Source: an uncultured delta proteobacterium (lineage in GTDB: Bacteria > Desulfobacterota > BSN033 > UBA1163). From it: a DNA stretch of 64,000 nt. The stretch spans positions 1,056,001 through 1,120,000 of the forward strand of contig CAVPSJ010000004.1 of assembly GCA_963708295.1 (NCBI GenBank), read 5' to 3'. The translations under genes were made by a program, and so were the position numbers. The notes beneath the pieces are model-generated. The model worked only from the letters and a program-made list of their open reading frames with translations. It had not been told where the DNA came from and did not search any database. Shown piece by piece: positions 48,296-58,081 of the stretch; the first letter of the stretch is position 1, and each line of letters opens with the position of its first letter.

Positions 48296-48768
48296 AGCAA
48301 ATTATCTATTTTGATACAAGCGCCTTGGCGAAATGGTACCTTCCAGAAGAACAGTCGAATGAAGTTGAGAAATATATTCAAGAACACGGTCCTGTTGCGA
48401 TCAGCGAGCTTACCGTGGTGGAAATGCGCGACCTTCTCGCCAGACATCGGAGGGAAGGAACCCTTGATCTGAACTCAGAGATAAGGGTATTTGCCAGCTT
48501 CGAAGAAGACATTCGACAGAAGTTTCTGATCTGTTACCCGCTTTCTGATAGTGTGGCACGAGGTGCGGTCAACCTCTTATCGGTTCTTTGCGATCTGCCG
48601 CTCCGAATGGTCGACGCGATGCATCTGGCAATGGCAAAGGAAATCCAGACAGAGGTTCTTGTCACGGCTGACCCTATCATGGCAAGCGCCGGAGAGAAAT
48701 TAGGTCTATCTGTGGTAAGATTTGACGGCCGAGAAATCCAATCTGTACCAATCTCCAGAGAGGGATAA
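48292..48768 (+). CDS. vapC: PIN-domain toxin (VapC family)
   Basis: YFDTSALAKWY, LTVVE, LRMVDAMHLA, VTAD. Confidence 0.88.
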   Translation: MKQIIYFDTSALAKWYLPEEQSNEVEKYIQEHGPVAISELTVVEMRDLLARHRREGTLDLNSEIRVFASFEEDIRQKFLICYPLSDSVARGAVNLLSVLCDLPLRMVDAMHLAMAKEIQTEVLVTADPIMASAGEKLGLSVVRFDGREIQSVPISREG

Positions 48769-48868
48769 CTTGGAAGGACGTTTCCGGCTTGCTACAAATC
48801 TGTTCTGTGGGGTCAGTGGCCTTGTTGTTCTGACTGCTATGATACAGTAATGGGGTCCGAGAGGGAGC

Positions 48869-51382
48869 ATGGCAAAACGCATTCATAGTTCAACGCTGTT
48901 TTTCTACGCCCTGATCGCCGTCATGGCCTCGGTTTCGATTGTTACCTTTGTGTCCGCATTGTCATGGCTGAATAGGCCTTTTGCAGGATTCCTAACTTAT
49001 CAGGATGCTTTTGTCTCGGTTTCAGGAACACAAGACTGGTCCGGCCCCAAGGCAGGGATTAAGTTTGGAGAGCGAATTGTTGCGGTTGACGATAAACCTG
49101 TATGTGGAGGCCGAGACCTCGTAGCCATGGTCAAGAAAAAGCAGTTCGGGACACCCGCCCGCTATCTCGTAGAATCCGATGGCAAAACCCGCGAAGTCAT
49201 CGTGCCTGTGAGCAAATTCAGTGCAACCGATTTTGTCCTCGTTTATGTGGCGCCGCTTTTGGCAGGCCTGTTGCTTTATGGCCTCGGTTGCAGCGTCTAT
49301 GTGCTAAAACCGAATACCTCAACGAGTTGGGTATTCCTCGTAGCCTGTTTTGGTATGGGGACGATGATCCTTGCCGGGCTTGAAAATCAAACCTCTTATA
49401 TTCTTACGCCTTTTTTTTGGGTCATTAATGCCGTGTGGCCTTTTACCTTTCTCCACCTTTTCTTGATATTTCCAGAAAGACATCGCCTCCTGATGCGTTT
49501 TCCGAAATTTGAATATCTCCTCTATGTGCCAGCCTTGATCCTGATTACTGTTTGGGAGGTTTATTTGCTGATCTACCCGCAGGTTTTGAGTGGGGAGTCA
49601 GCATCCTGGTTTCCAACCTACAGAGAACTGGGTCGCGTCAACAGTTTGTTCAGGCTTATCTGCGTCGTCAGTCTCTTCTTCCTCATCTTATCCTCCATCC
49701 TCAAACCTTTCACGAGCCAGGCCCGTCAGCGGGCGAAAGTTATTTTCTGGGGGGTGGTTCTCGCCTTTGGGCCACCGGTCATCGTCATGACGCTTTTCTT
49801 TTTCGTCAAGGTCAACGTCCCTTGGAATCTTCTTGTGTTTTTCACCGTCCTCTTCCCGGCATCCATCGCCTATTCCATTGTCCGACACAACCTTTTCGAC
49901 GCCGATACGGTGATCAAACTCACGGTGGGCTATGTGGTGGTGACGGCTGTCATTGTTGGGGCCTATGCAGTGGTGAGCATCGGCTTCAATGTCTTTTTAG
50001 GCAAATACGAGTTGGCGCAATCGCGAGCCTTTCCTATTCTTTTTACCGTGGCCATTATCTTCTTGATTAACCCTCTTCGCGATCGGATACAACGGGTTGT
50101 GGATCGTCTCTTTTTCCGTAAGGAGTATGACGAGGGAGAGATCGTTAACAAGATCAGCGCGGCAATTACCTCCCTGATGGATCTGGGCCAGGTGCTTAAT
50201 CGGTTGACGCGGACGTTCATTGAGGAGATGTTTATTAATACGATCTCCGTGATGCTCTTGAACCCCGCGACCGCCGAGTACCAGGTGTATGTTGTGGAAG
50301 GAGAAGGGAGGGGTGAGATTGAGGGGAGACGTTTCAAAAGAGACGAACCGCTCATTCGAATCCTCGAAGAGGAGAAAAAGGAGTTGACCCGGTATGACGT
50401 ACTGGAAGATCCGAGGCATAAAGAAGTATGTCAACAGTGTGCAAAAAACTTCGATAGCCTTCATGCAACCCTGATGGTTCCGTTGGTCTTCAAGGATTGT
50501 GTCATCGGACTTATGAGCTTAGGGGAGAAGAAATCCGGAAAGTCCTTCAATCGTGAAGACATTAATTTGCTTCATTCCGTGGCCAATCAGGGTGCGGTGG
50601 CCATTGAGAATGCAAGGCTTTTCAAAGAGAACCTGGATAAACAGCGAATGGAAGAAGAGCTGGCCATTGCCCGGGATCTGCAGTTAAGCATGCTTCCTGC
50701 GTCCTGCCCTCAGATGGAGGGATTTGAAATCGCAGCGCTGTCCACTCCTGCCAGAGAAGTCGGGGGGGATTTCTTTGATTTTATTGAAATGGAGGATGGA
50801 ATAATCGGGTTTGTGGTTGGGGACGTGACCGGCAAGAGCGTCTCAGGGGCCCTCGTGATGTCTTCCTCTCGCAGTGTTTTCCGGATGCTGTCGGAAGCGA
50901 AGTTGAATGTCGGAGAAATCATGATTAGAGCCAACCGGCGGATGAAGAAAGACCTCAAGAGCGGCATCTTCGTGGCCTTGCTCTATGCCGTGCTGGATCC
51001 GAAGACGCGAGTCTTGAGTCTGTGCAGCGCAGGACAGACACAACCTATCCATTTCTCCACAGAAACCGGAAGGGCGAGGCTGGTGCAGACAGAGGGGGAC
51101 ACCTTTCCCATAGGCATCCTTGATGAAGTGGATTACAAGGAAACCCGCCTACCGCTTGCCCCTGGAGACACACTGGTATTCTATACGGACGGCATTGTGG
51201 AGGCGACGAACGAACAAGGGGAAATGTTCGGCTTTGAGCGACTCCTGGACTTGGTTCAAGAAGCGCGGTCTATCAACGCGGACCGGCTCCTGAAGGAGAT
51301 TTTGGAGAGGGTCAGCGCCTTCGTGGGAGCCGCTCCTCAACATGATGACCTAACGGCAATCGCGGTGAGTGTTTCAGGATAA
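48869..51382 (+). CDS. Membrane sensor PP2C phosphatase (PDZ-multi-TM-GAF-SpoIIE), RsbU-like
   Basis: AGIKFGERIVAVD PDZ-like segment; about 9 TM; GAF ending AVAIENARL; LQLSMLP, VGGDFFD, GDVTGK, YTDGIVEA, DDLT. Confidence 0.9.
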   Translation: MAKRIHSSTLFFYALIAVMASVSIVTFVSALSWLNRPFAGFLTYQDAFVSVSGTQDWSGPKAGIKFGERIVAVDDKPVCGGRDLVAMVKKKQFGTPARYLVESDGKTREVIVPVSKFSATDFVLVYVAPLLAGLLLYGLGCSVYVLKPNTSTSWVFLVACFGMGTMILAGLENQTSYILTPFFWVINAVWPFTFLHLFLIFPERHRLLMRFPKFEYLLYVPALILITVWEVYLLIYPQVLSGESASWFPTYRELGRVNSLFRLICVVSLFFLILSSILKPFTSQARQRAKVIFWGVVLAFGPPVIVMTLFFFVKVNVPWNLLVFFTVLFPASIAYSIVRHNLFDADTVIKLTVGYVVVTAVIVGAYAVVSIGFNVFLGKYELAQSRAFPILFTVAIIFLINPLRDRIQRVVDRLFFRKEYDEGEIVNKISAAITSLMDLGQVLNRLTRTFIEEMFINTISVMLLNPATAEYQVYVVEGEGRGEIEGRRFKRDEPLIRILEEEKKELTRYDVLEDPRHKEVCQQCAKNFDSLHATLMVPLVFKDCVIGLMSLGEKKSGKSFNREDINLLHSVANQGAVAIENARLFKENLDKQRMEEELAIARDLQLSMLPASCPQMEGFEIAALSTPAREVGGDFFDFIEMEDGIIGFVVGDVTGKSVSGALVMSSSRSVFRMLSEAKLNVGEIMIRANRRMKKDLKSGIFVALLYAVLDPKTRVLSLCSAGQTQPIHFSTETGRARLVQTEGDTFPIGILDEVDYKETRLPLAPGDTLVFYTDGIVEATNEQGEMFGFERLLDLVQEARSINADRLLKEILERVSAFVGAAPQHDDLTAIAVSVSG

Positions 51383-51421
51383 GACTTACTATCTTTTAAA
51401 GCCGTTCCAACACGGTTTGCT

Positions 51422-53023
51422 TTGGGGAGCACAGCAACATTGAGCGCCATACTTTCGAGCTTCGCAATTTCCTTCCTCTTAGCTATTCTCTCCGCATTTT
51501 TGCTCCTGCTGGCCTTCCCCACATTTGACCTGGGTTGGCTGGCGTGGCTCGGGCTTGTTCCCCTTTTTGTTGCGATCTCTGGTCGCAGCGCAAAGTCGGC
51601 ATTCTTCCTTTCCTATTTATGCGGTATCGTTTTCGTATCAGGGGTTTACCGCTGGGTCCTTGAGGCTCCTGGATATCACCTCTATCACCATGCCATCCTG
51701 GCGATCTACTTAGGGTCGTATTTCGGATTCTTCGGGGGCATCGTCAACTTGATATCGAGAAGGTTGGGGGCCGCCTGGGCACACCTGGCCATGCCCTTCG
51801 TGTGGGTGTCTATGGAGTTTGTCAGGTCCAATTTGTCCTTCCTTGCGCTCCCCTTTCCAATACTCGCCCATTCTCAGTATCCCTATCTCAAGGTCATCCA
51901 GATCACTTCGCTCACAGGAACGTATGGTCTTGGTTTTTTGATCGTTCTTTTCAATTCAGCCCTTGCCGCGCTCGTCCTGCGTTCGATCTACCGATCCGTC
52001 TCCCAAGGGGAAGCATCCGAGGCCCCTTCGCGGCGAGGAGCCTTCGCTTTGGTACTTCTGACGGTAACACTTTTAGCCGTGGTTTTATTTTATGGGCATT
52101 TCGTGCTTCCTCAAGGACCGATGTCCGGAAAATCGCTCACAGTATCCGTGGTGCAGGGAAATATCGGTCGTGAAAAAAAAGGGGATCCCAGGAAGCATGC
52201 AGCGTTCATCATGCAAAAATACGCTGACCTGACAGAAAGGGTTTCCATAGACAGGCCAGAGCTCATCGTCTGGCCTGAGGCGGCAACACCAGGGTTTGTT
52301 TTGACAAACATAGGCCTTCTCAATCAAATGGTCATGATCGCAAGAAGAGCAAACACCCATGTTCTTATCGGAAGCTCCGAATATCCAAAATTCTCTACAG
52401 AGAAGTTGAATCCGCAGAAGCTCGGCAACACCGCTCTTTTCTTTTCTCCTACGGGTAGGGTTTTGGGTCAGTACCTGAAGATTCAGCTGATTCCTTTTGC
52501 GGAGTACGTCCCCTATCAGGGGATCATTCCGTGGCCCCAATTCATCGTCCCTGAGAGCAAGAGGGGTTTTGAGGTCCCGGGCCGGGAATATACACTTTTT
52601 GACTTGGGTGGAACGAAATTCGGAGCCGTCATATGTTCGGAATGTACTTTCCCTGATCTTTTCAGGAGATTTGTGAAGAAGGGCGCCGCTTTCATGGTCA
52701 ACATAACCAATGAAGGCTGGTTTGGTGAAACGGCACTTCACCAGAAAGTGGCAGCAAGCGTGCTCAGGGCGGTGGAGAATCGGGTATTCCTGGTCCGTGC
52801 AACGAACACAGGCATCTCGTGCTTCATCGATCCTTATGGAAGGATAACCGGGAGGGTCCAAAAGGATGGAAGAGACACACTTGTCGAGGGATATTTGACA
52901 CGGCCGGTTTATCTCTCTGAAGAGAGGACCTTCTACACCATCCACGGTGACCTCTTTGCTTATTTGAGTCTCTTGATTTCTGCCGTTATGATCGGAGCCT
53001 CCTTGCGGGGGAGGAACAGATGA
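51422..53023 (+). CDS. lnt: Apolipoprotein N-acyltransferase
   Basis: N-terminal TM domain, VQGNI, WPE, KIQLIPFAEY, ICSE, NITNEGWFG, RAVENR, RATNTGIS; start uncertain. Confidence 0.9.
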   Translation: MGSTATLSAILSSFAISFLLAILSAFLLLLAFPTFDLGWLAWLGLVPLFVAISGRSAKSAFFLSYLCGIVFVSGVYRWVLEAPGYHLYHHAILAIYLGSYFGFFGGIVNLISRRLGAAWAHLAMPFVWVSMEFVRSNLSFLALPFPILAHSQYPYLKVIQITSLTGTYGLGFLIVLFNSALAALVLRSIYRSVSQGEASEAPSRRGAFALVLLTVTLLAVVLFYGHFVLPQGPMSGKSLTVSVVQGNIGREKKGDPRKHAAFIMQKYADLTERVSIDRPELIVWPEAATPGFVLTNIGLLNQMVMIARRANTHVLIGSSEYPKFSTEKLNPQKLGNTALFFSPTGRVLGQYLKIQLIPFAEYVPYQGIIPWPQFIVPESKRGFEVPGREYTLFDLGGTKFGAVICSECTFPDLFRRFVKKGAAFMVNITNEGWFGETALHQKVAASVLRAVENRVFLVRATNTGISCFIDPYGRITGRVQKDGRDTLVEGYLTRPVYLSEERTFYTIHGDLFAYLSLLISAVMIGASLRGRNR

Positions 53024-54372
53024 AAGTCATGATCATCACCCCGGGACACCCTGGCCCTGATAGAAAGTCCCTACCGCCGGCACTGACCGCTCCCTATCTT
53101 GCGGCGCTGGCTACCCCATATGCGGAATCCATCAGGATTTATGACTTGGCCGTGGAACCTTTTGACCCGAAAGGACCTGTGCCTGATGTTGCTTTGCTCA
53201 CCTCAACCATGGCGCAGTTCGATCAGGTATTCAAAATCGGTGAACTCCTGAAAGCTAAAGGGTCTAAGATCTTCCTCGGAGGACCCTACGCAACCCTGGC
53301 TTTCGATTTCGATCCCCGAATAAAGGAATTGGCTGACTGTGTTGTTTTTGGCGAAGGAGAGAAAGCGCTGCCGCAAGCGTTGGCGGACTGCCAGAACGAG
53401 AGATTGCAGCCGACTTATAATATGCCAGTAGACTCACTGAACGGAATGCCATTCAGCCGTCTCGATCTTCTGGATCATACCAAATACTATTTTTCTACGG
53501 TCGTGATTGGCACGAGGGGTTGTCTGAATAGATGCACCTATTGCACGATCAGGGATCTCTATGGTTTCAAATTCTTGAAGCGACCGGTGGAAGAAGTCAT
53601 CGAAGAAATACGATACCAAACATCGAGGCCGAATATCGGGTGGCTGGATCGGAAACTGGTGGAGTTCTGGGATGATAATCCCGCGTGTGACCTCGATTGG
53701 TTTAAGCAGCTACTCGAAAAAATGATTCCCTTGAAGAAATGGTGGTTGTCCCAAATCTGTCTTAATGTGGCCGAGGACGAGGAAGCCGTGAAGCTGATGA
53801 GAGCTTCCGGCTGCAAGGGGGTCTTTGTTGGTCTGGAATCGGTGTCCGAGAACACGCTGAAAGGGCAGAACAAAGCGGAAGTGAACGTCGTGGATCGATA
53901 CGTAGAATCCTCGAGGGTCCTATTGAAGCATGGGATTAATTTTGTCGGGGCCATCATGTACGGCTTTGATGAGGATACGAAAGAGAGTCTTTTCAATGAC
54001 ACCCCCAGAGTTCTTGGGGAAATGGGGTTGACTCTTCTTCAGACCCATATGGTCACGCCCTATCCCCACTCGGACTTTTTTAAGCTTCTTGACAGAGAAA
54101 AAAGGCTGATGACGAAAGAGTGCAAATATTACAACGGATACACGCTCGTTCATAAGCCCCAAAAAATAGGCGCAGCAGAGCTCCAGGAGAGGTTTTTTGA
54201 AACTCGAAGAAAATTCTACTCTTGGGGTTCGATTTTGAGGAGAATGAGGAGACACCGGTTGACAAAATACCCGGAGTTCTTGATCTGGAACGTGCTGTAT
54301 CGTAAACCGAACTATCAAGCGATTCCCGGCGTGGATGCGAAGGGATGGCTCGATTTCTTGAGGAAGTCTTGA
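53020..54372 (+). CDS. B12-binding-domain radical SAM protein
   Basis: LGGPYAT, VFGEGE, TRGCLNRCTYC, WDDN, VGLES, TPYP; ATGA overlap with lnt. Confidence 0.9.
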   Translation: MKVMIITPGHPGPDRKSLPPALTAPYLAALATPYAESIRIYDLAVEPFDPKGPVPDVALLTSTMAQFDQVFKIGELLKAKGSKIFLGGPYATLAFDFDPRIKELADCVVFGEGEKALPQALADCQNERLQPTYNMPVDSLNGMPFSRLDLLDHTKYYFSTVVIGTRGCLNRCTYCTIRDLYGFKFLKRPVEEVIEEIRYQTSRPNIGWLDRKLVEFWDDNPACDLDWFKQLLEKMIPLKKWWLSQICLNVAEDEEAVKLMRASGCKGVFVGLESVSENTLKGQNKAEVNVVDRYVESSRVLLKHGINFVGAIMYGFDEDTKESLFNDTPRVLGEMGLTLLQTHMVTPYPHSDFFKLLDREKRLMTKECKYYNGYTLVHKPQKIGAAELQERFFETRRKFYSWGSILRRMRRHRLTKYPEFLIWNVLYRKPNYQAIPGVDAKGWLDFLRKS

Positions 54373-54616
54373 TCCATCAGATAGGATCGATCCCGAGGGC
54401 CAGGTGGGCTCATCGATGCGTCTGCATGGTGTAACACTGGGAAGATATGGCGAGGGTTCATCTTTTGCATATCTTTTCAAAAGCTTTGATGACGGCCACT
54501 GTTTTCCATCGGAATCGATTCTGCTTCGATATAGACTTGTTTAAACTTGGCGGTTTATTTTTAAATAATCGCAGGTTGAGGAGAAAATTTCAGTCTGGTG
54601 AACTAAAAACAAAAAG

Positions 54617-54652
54617 TTGACTTTCCCATTCAACGTAGCTACAATAGCTACA
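54617..54652 (+). promoter_or_regulatory. sigma70 promoter overlapped by a TA operator repeat
   Basis: TTGACT-N17-TACAAT; TAGCTACA twice (GTAGCTAC palindrome) across the -10. Confidence 0.7.
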
Positions 54653-54667
54653 TCGGGGGAAGATTCT

Positions 54668-54952
54668 ATGGAGACGGTTGGGATTAAGGAATTAAAAAAC
54701 AAACTGACCTATTATCTTAAATTAACGAAAGAAGGAAACAAAGTTATTGTGACAGACAGAGGGACTCCTGTAGCCATCATACAAAGCATAGATCACGTTA
54801 AGAATAATGTGGGGGTTGAAGAGAGACTTGCCTCACTTGCGAAAAGAGGGATGCTCAGGCTACCCCTGAAAAAGGGGAAGTTACCTCCTTTCAAGAGTGT
54901 TAAAGCGGCTGGAAAGCCAGCCTCAGAAATCATTATAGAAGAGAGAAGATGA
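54668..54952 (+). CDS. Phd/YefM-family antitoxin
   Basis: METVGIKELKNKLTYYL...VTDRGTPVA. Confidence 0.9.
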   Translation: METVGIKELKNKLTYYLKLTKEGNKVIVTDRGTPVAIIQSIDHVKNNVGVEERLASLAKRGMLRLPLKKGKLPPFKSVKAAGKPASEIIIEERR

Positions 54953-55389
54953 TCTATCTCGACAGCAGTGCCCTCGTAAAAAGATATGTCCAGGAAGAAG
55001 GAACTGATTTTGTTAAATCCATCCTGGCGGGTCATGGGCTCATAACAACATCGAAACTCACCTATCCCGAGATACTCTCAGCTTTAATGAGAAAGGTTCG
55101 GGGAGGTGAGATTGAGAGGAAAACGTTTAATGGAATCGTTGAAATGTTCGATAAGGACTGGGACCATGTTCTCGTGCTCGATTTCCATAACGACCTTCTG
55201 CAAATAGTTAAAGTGGTAATAGAAAAGCATCCCCTGAAGGCTGCCGACGCTATCCACCTCTCTTCAGCTTTGTGGTTAAAACTTTCCTCGAAGGCGGATG
55301 TAACCTTTGTAGCTTCCGATTCGAACCTACTCAAAGCTGCTCAGGCTGAGAAACTACAGATCGTCAATCCACTGGATGAGGCAAAATAG
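54949..55389 (+). CDS. vapC: PIN-domain toxin (VapC family)
   Basis: YLDSSALVKRY, YPEI, LKAADAIHLSS, FVASD. Confidence 0.9.
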   Translation: MIYLDSSALVKRYVQEEGTDFVKSILAGHGLITTSKLTYPEILSALMRKVRGGEIERKTFNGIVEMFDKDWDHVLVLDFHNDLLQIVKVVIEKHPLKAADAIHLSSALWLKLSSKADVTFVASDSNLLKAAQAEKLQIVNPLDEAK

Positions 55390-55532
55390 ATTCGCTATGC
55401 GATTTGTGATAACAAGTAAGTTGAAAAGCTTGGCCAATTTATTATAATAGAGGCCGTTCGTCAGAGACTTCGGCTCATCTATATCGTATTTGATTAGCTT
55501 TCATCTTTTGTGATGGGAGAGGAGTTCCATTT

Positions 55533-55958
55533 ATGATGGCGGATAATAAGGTTGAGCTTCATATCCCAAGCATCATGGGTTTTGAAAAGGTTGCGATGGA
55601 ATGTTCCGCATCGGTGGCGAAAAAGATGGGCTTTACGGAAGACCGAATTGAAGACTTGAAGACGGCTGTCGGGGAGGCTTGCCTGAATGCCATTGAACAT
55701 GGTAACAAGATGGATACCAATACGAAAGTGGGGATTACTCTGACGGTTGAGGAAACGAAACTTCAAGTGGCTGTGAAAGACGAAGGGAAAGGAGTCGGGG
55801 AAATCCCTCTCCCCAGTATCAAGAATAAAATGGAGGGGAAAGACAAACCCCGGGGATGGGGCCTCTTTCTTATTAAAAATCTGATCAATGAGGTCACTTT
55901 CGAACCCAGTCCGGAAGGCGGAAACATTACCAAAATGGTCATCTATTTAGAAAAATAA
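55533..55958 (+). CDS. Anti-sigma factor Ser/Thr kinase (RsbW/SpoIIAB-like)
   Basis: EACLNAIEHG, DEGKG, RGWGLFLI. Confidence 0.9.
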   Translation: MMADNKVELHIPSIMGFEKVAMECSASVAKKMGFTEDRIEDLKTAVGEACLNAIEHGNKMDTNTKVGITLTVEETKLQVAVKDEGKGVGEIPLPSIKNKMEGKDKPRGWGLFLIKNLINEVTFEPSPEGGNITKMVIYLEK

Positions 55959-56029
55959 ATGGGAAAGGATGGTTGAAGAAACTCAGTGAGCTAAGGAGGA
56001 ATTTGGGTTTCACCAGAGCATAGGAAAAT

Positions 56030-56374
56030 ATGAACAAGGACATCCAAGTATCCATTTCCCAGAAGGACGACGTTTCGATCCTGAATATCAAAGGAGATGT
56101 CACTGCCATCACAGGAGAACCCATCGAAGCGGCTTACCAAAAGGTGACCACAGCGGGAGCCAAAAAGATCCTTCTCTATTTCGATAAGGATGGGTATATC
56201 AATAGCGGCGGGATCGCTATTCTGATCGGAATCGCATCGGAAAGCAGGAAAAACGGCCAGACAGTGCGGATGACCGGTCTGTCCGGCCACTTTCAAAAAA
56301 TTTTTAGCATGGTGGGACTGACCAAATATACTGAAATTTTCCAAACAGAAGAATTGGCCCTCAAAGATTTTTAA
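56030..56374 (+). CDS. STAS-domain anti-anti-sigma factor (RsbV/SpoIIAA-like)
   Basis: IKGDV, YINSGGIAIL with the phospho-acceptor Ser, IFSMVGL. Confidence 0.9.
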   Translation: MNKDIQVSISQKDDVSILNIKGDVTAITGEPIEAAYQKVTTAGAKKILLYFDKDGYINSGGIAILIGIASESRKNGQTVRMTGLSGHFQKIFSMVGLTKYTEIFQTEELALKDF

Positions 56375-56443
56375 AGACCGAACCTCAAAAGGTTCCACAT
56401 CTATCCTGGTCTCATAGATCATCAGGAACGGTAAACGGTATCC

Positions 56444-57928
56444 ATGAAAGATGAGGCCTTCAAAAACGTCCAAGATCATCCCAGAGAAGTGAAAAAACCC
56501 CAACAAGAGCTTGAAAAGCGAATCTTCCATCTCAAGACCCTCTACGATTTGGGCCAGGAGATAGGCTATTTAAGGGAGACTCACGAGATTGCAAAAAATC
56601 TGTTGTTGATGATGATCGGGAACTTCGGGGCCTCGTGCGGGTTTATTTTCCTTTTCGATATGAGTCGGGGCAAAATGGATACGTGCTGTCAGAGAGGTTT
56701 GCCCAAAGAAGCAGTAGATATTTTTTCCGAGAAAATAGCATTGGGCGATTTAACGTGGTTAAACGAAATTGCTCAAATCGAGGTGCTCCATGAAAGCAGT
56801 ACCGCTCAGATCCAGGGAAAAGAAAAGCTGTTTGACTTCCTTTCTTCTTTTAGCCTAAGAATCTGGGTTCCATTTAACATCGATTCCAATCTAAGGGGTG
56901 GCATCGGATTGGGAGACAAACTCTCCAGCGATCCTTATACTCCAGATGACCAGGAATTATTGCTCACCATGGCCAACCAGGGATCCGTCGCCATCGAGAA
57001 TGCCAAACTCCAACAGGCCCGGATCGAAGCGCTCGAACAGTCAAAGAAGGAACTGGAGAAGTTAAGCAAAGCCAAGAGTAAAGCGCTTGACCATCTCTCT
57101 CATGAATTGAGGACACCGCTCTCTGTGATCCAGGGAAACATCCGGATCTTGAAGCGCAAAACTCAAGCACAGACCCCTCCCCTGGTAAGGGAGGAAGTCT
57201 TTGAATCTTTAGAGAAGAACCTGAATCGTCTTTCCGACATTCAACAAGAAACCGATCAGATTATCCGGTCGTATCAGGCATTAGAGACAAAGCAGCGGCC
57301 TGTAGAACCGGACGATTCTCAACCTTTAAGTCCTGAACGGATTGACCTCTATCTTTTTGTAGAACAAATCTTGGAGAATATTAAAGAGCGGGCAATGGGT
57401 CGGGAAATTCAGTTTCACCTGGAAGGAGACCACGGTCTCGATGTGCTGATGGACCCCAAAATCCTCGAAGATATTCTGGTGGGACTCCTAAAGAACGCCG
57501 TCGAGAACACTCCGGATGAAGGAATGATTCGAGTTATTTTAGAACAAAAAAACCAATGGGTACAACTCAAGGTTATGGATTTCGGCATTGGAATAACCAA
57601 GGAGAATCAGAGGCGTCTTTTCGACGGATTGTTTCATACCCTTGATACGGAGCTCTATGCATCCAAAAGACCTTATGACTTTGGCGCAGGAGGAAAGGGG
57701 CTCGATCTCTTACGGGCGAAGGTTTACGGCCAGCGCTTTAAATTCGATGTTTCAGTCGGAAGTCAGCGATGCACCCGGATCCCCACCGACCAGGATCTCT
57801 GCCCAGGAAGAATTTCCGCATGCCCGCACTGTAGGAAACCGGAGGACTGTTTGTCTTCCGGTGGGAGCACCTTCTGTATTTCCTTTTCAGTCAGTTCGAA
57901 TGCTGAATCGGAGCAATTGGAACCATAA
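56444..57928 (+). CDS. Cytoplasmic GAF histidine kinase with a Cys-rich insert in the ATPase domain
   Basis: GAF ending SVAIENAKL; SHELRTPL; LLKNAVENT; DFGIGI; C-x9-C-x6-C-x2-C-x5-C before GGSTF. Confidence 0.88.
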   Translation: MKDEAFKNVQDHPREVKKPQQELEKRIFHLKTLYDLGQEIGYLRETHEIAKNLLLMMIGNFGASCGFIFLFDMSRGKMDTCCQRGLPKEAVDIFSEKIALGDLTWLNEIAQIEVLHESSTAQIQGKEKLFDFLSSFSLRIWVPFNIDSNLRGGIGLGDKLSSDPYTPDDQELLLTMANQGSVAIENAKLQQARIEALEQSKKELEKLSKAKSKALDHLSHELRTPLSVIQGNIRILKRKTQAQTPPLVREEVFESLEKNLNRLSDIQQETDQIIRSYQALETKQRPVEPDDSQPLSPERIDLYLFVEQILENIKERAMGREIQFHLEGDHGLDVLMDPKILEDILVGLLKNAVENTPDEGMIRVILEQKNQWVQLKVMDFGIGITKENQRRLFDGLFHTLDTELYASKRPYDFGAGGKGLDLLRAKVYGQRFKFDVSVGSQRCTRIPTDQDLCPGRISACPHCRKPEDCLSSGGSTFCISFSVSSNAESEQLEP

Positions 57929-58081
57929 ACCGCGTCCCAACTCCTCTTCGACTCTCCGATGTAATCTCTCCTCTCCTTGCCTTCACAAGGGTCTTGACGC
58001 CTTGATCCTACCTTCATTCCTCACTTTTTTAGCATCAATTGACTCAGTCTTACCTAACCTATCAGACATGATCGTAAGACT

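Noticed and set aside
52085-52945. 286-aa minus-strand ORF
   Set aside because: Antisense to lnt; no recognisable features.
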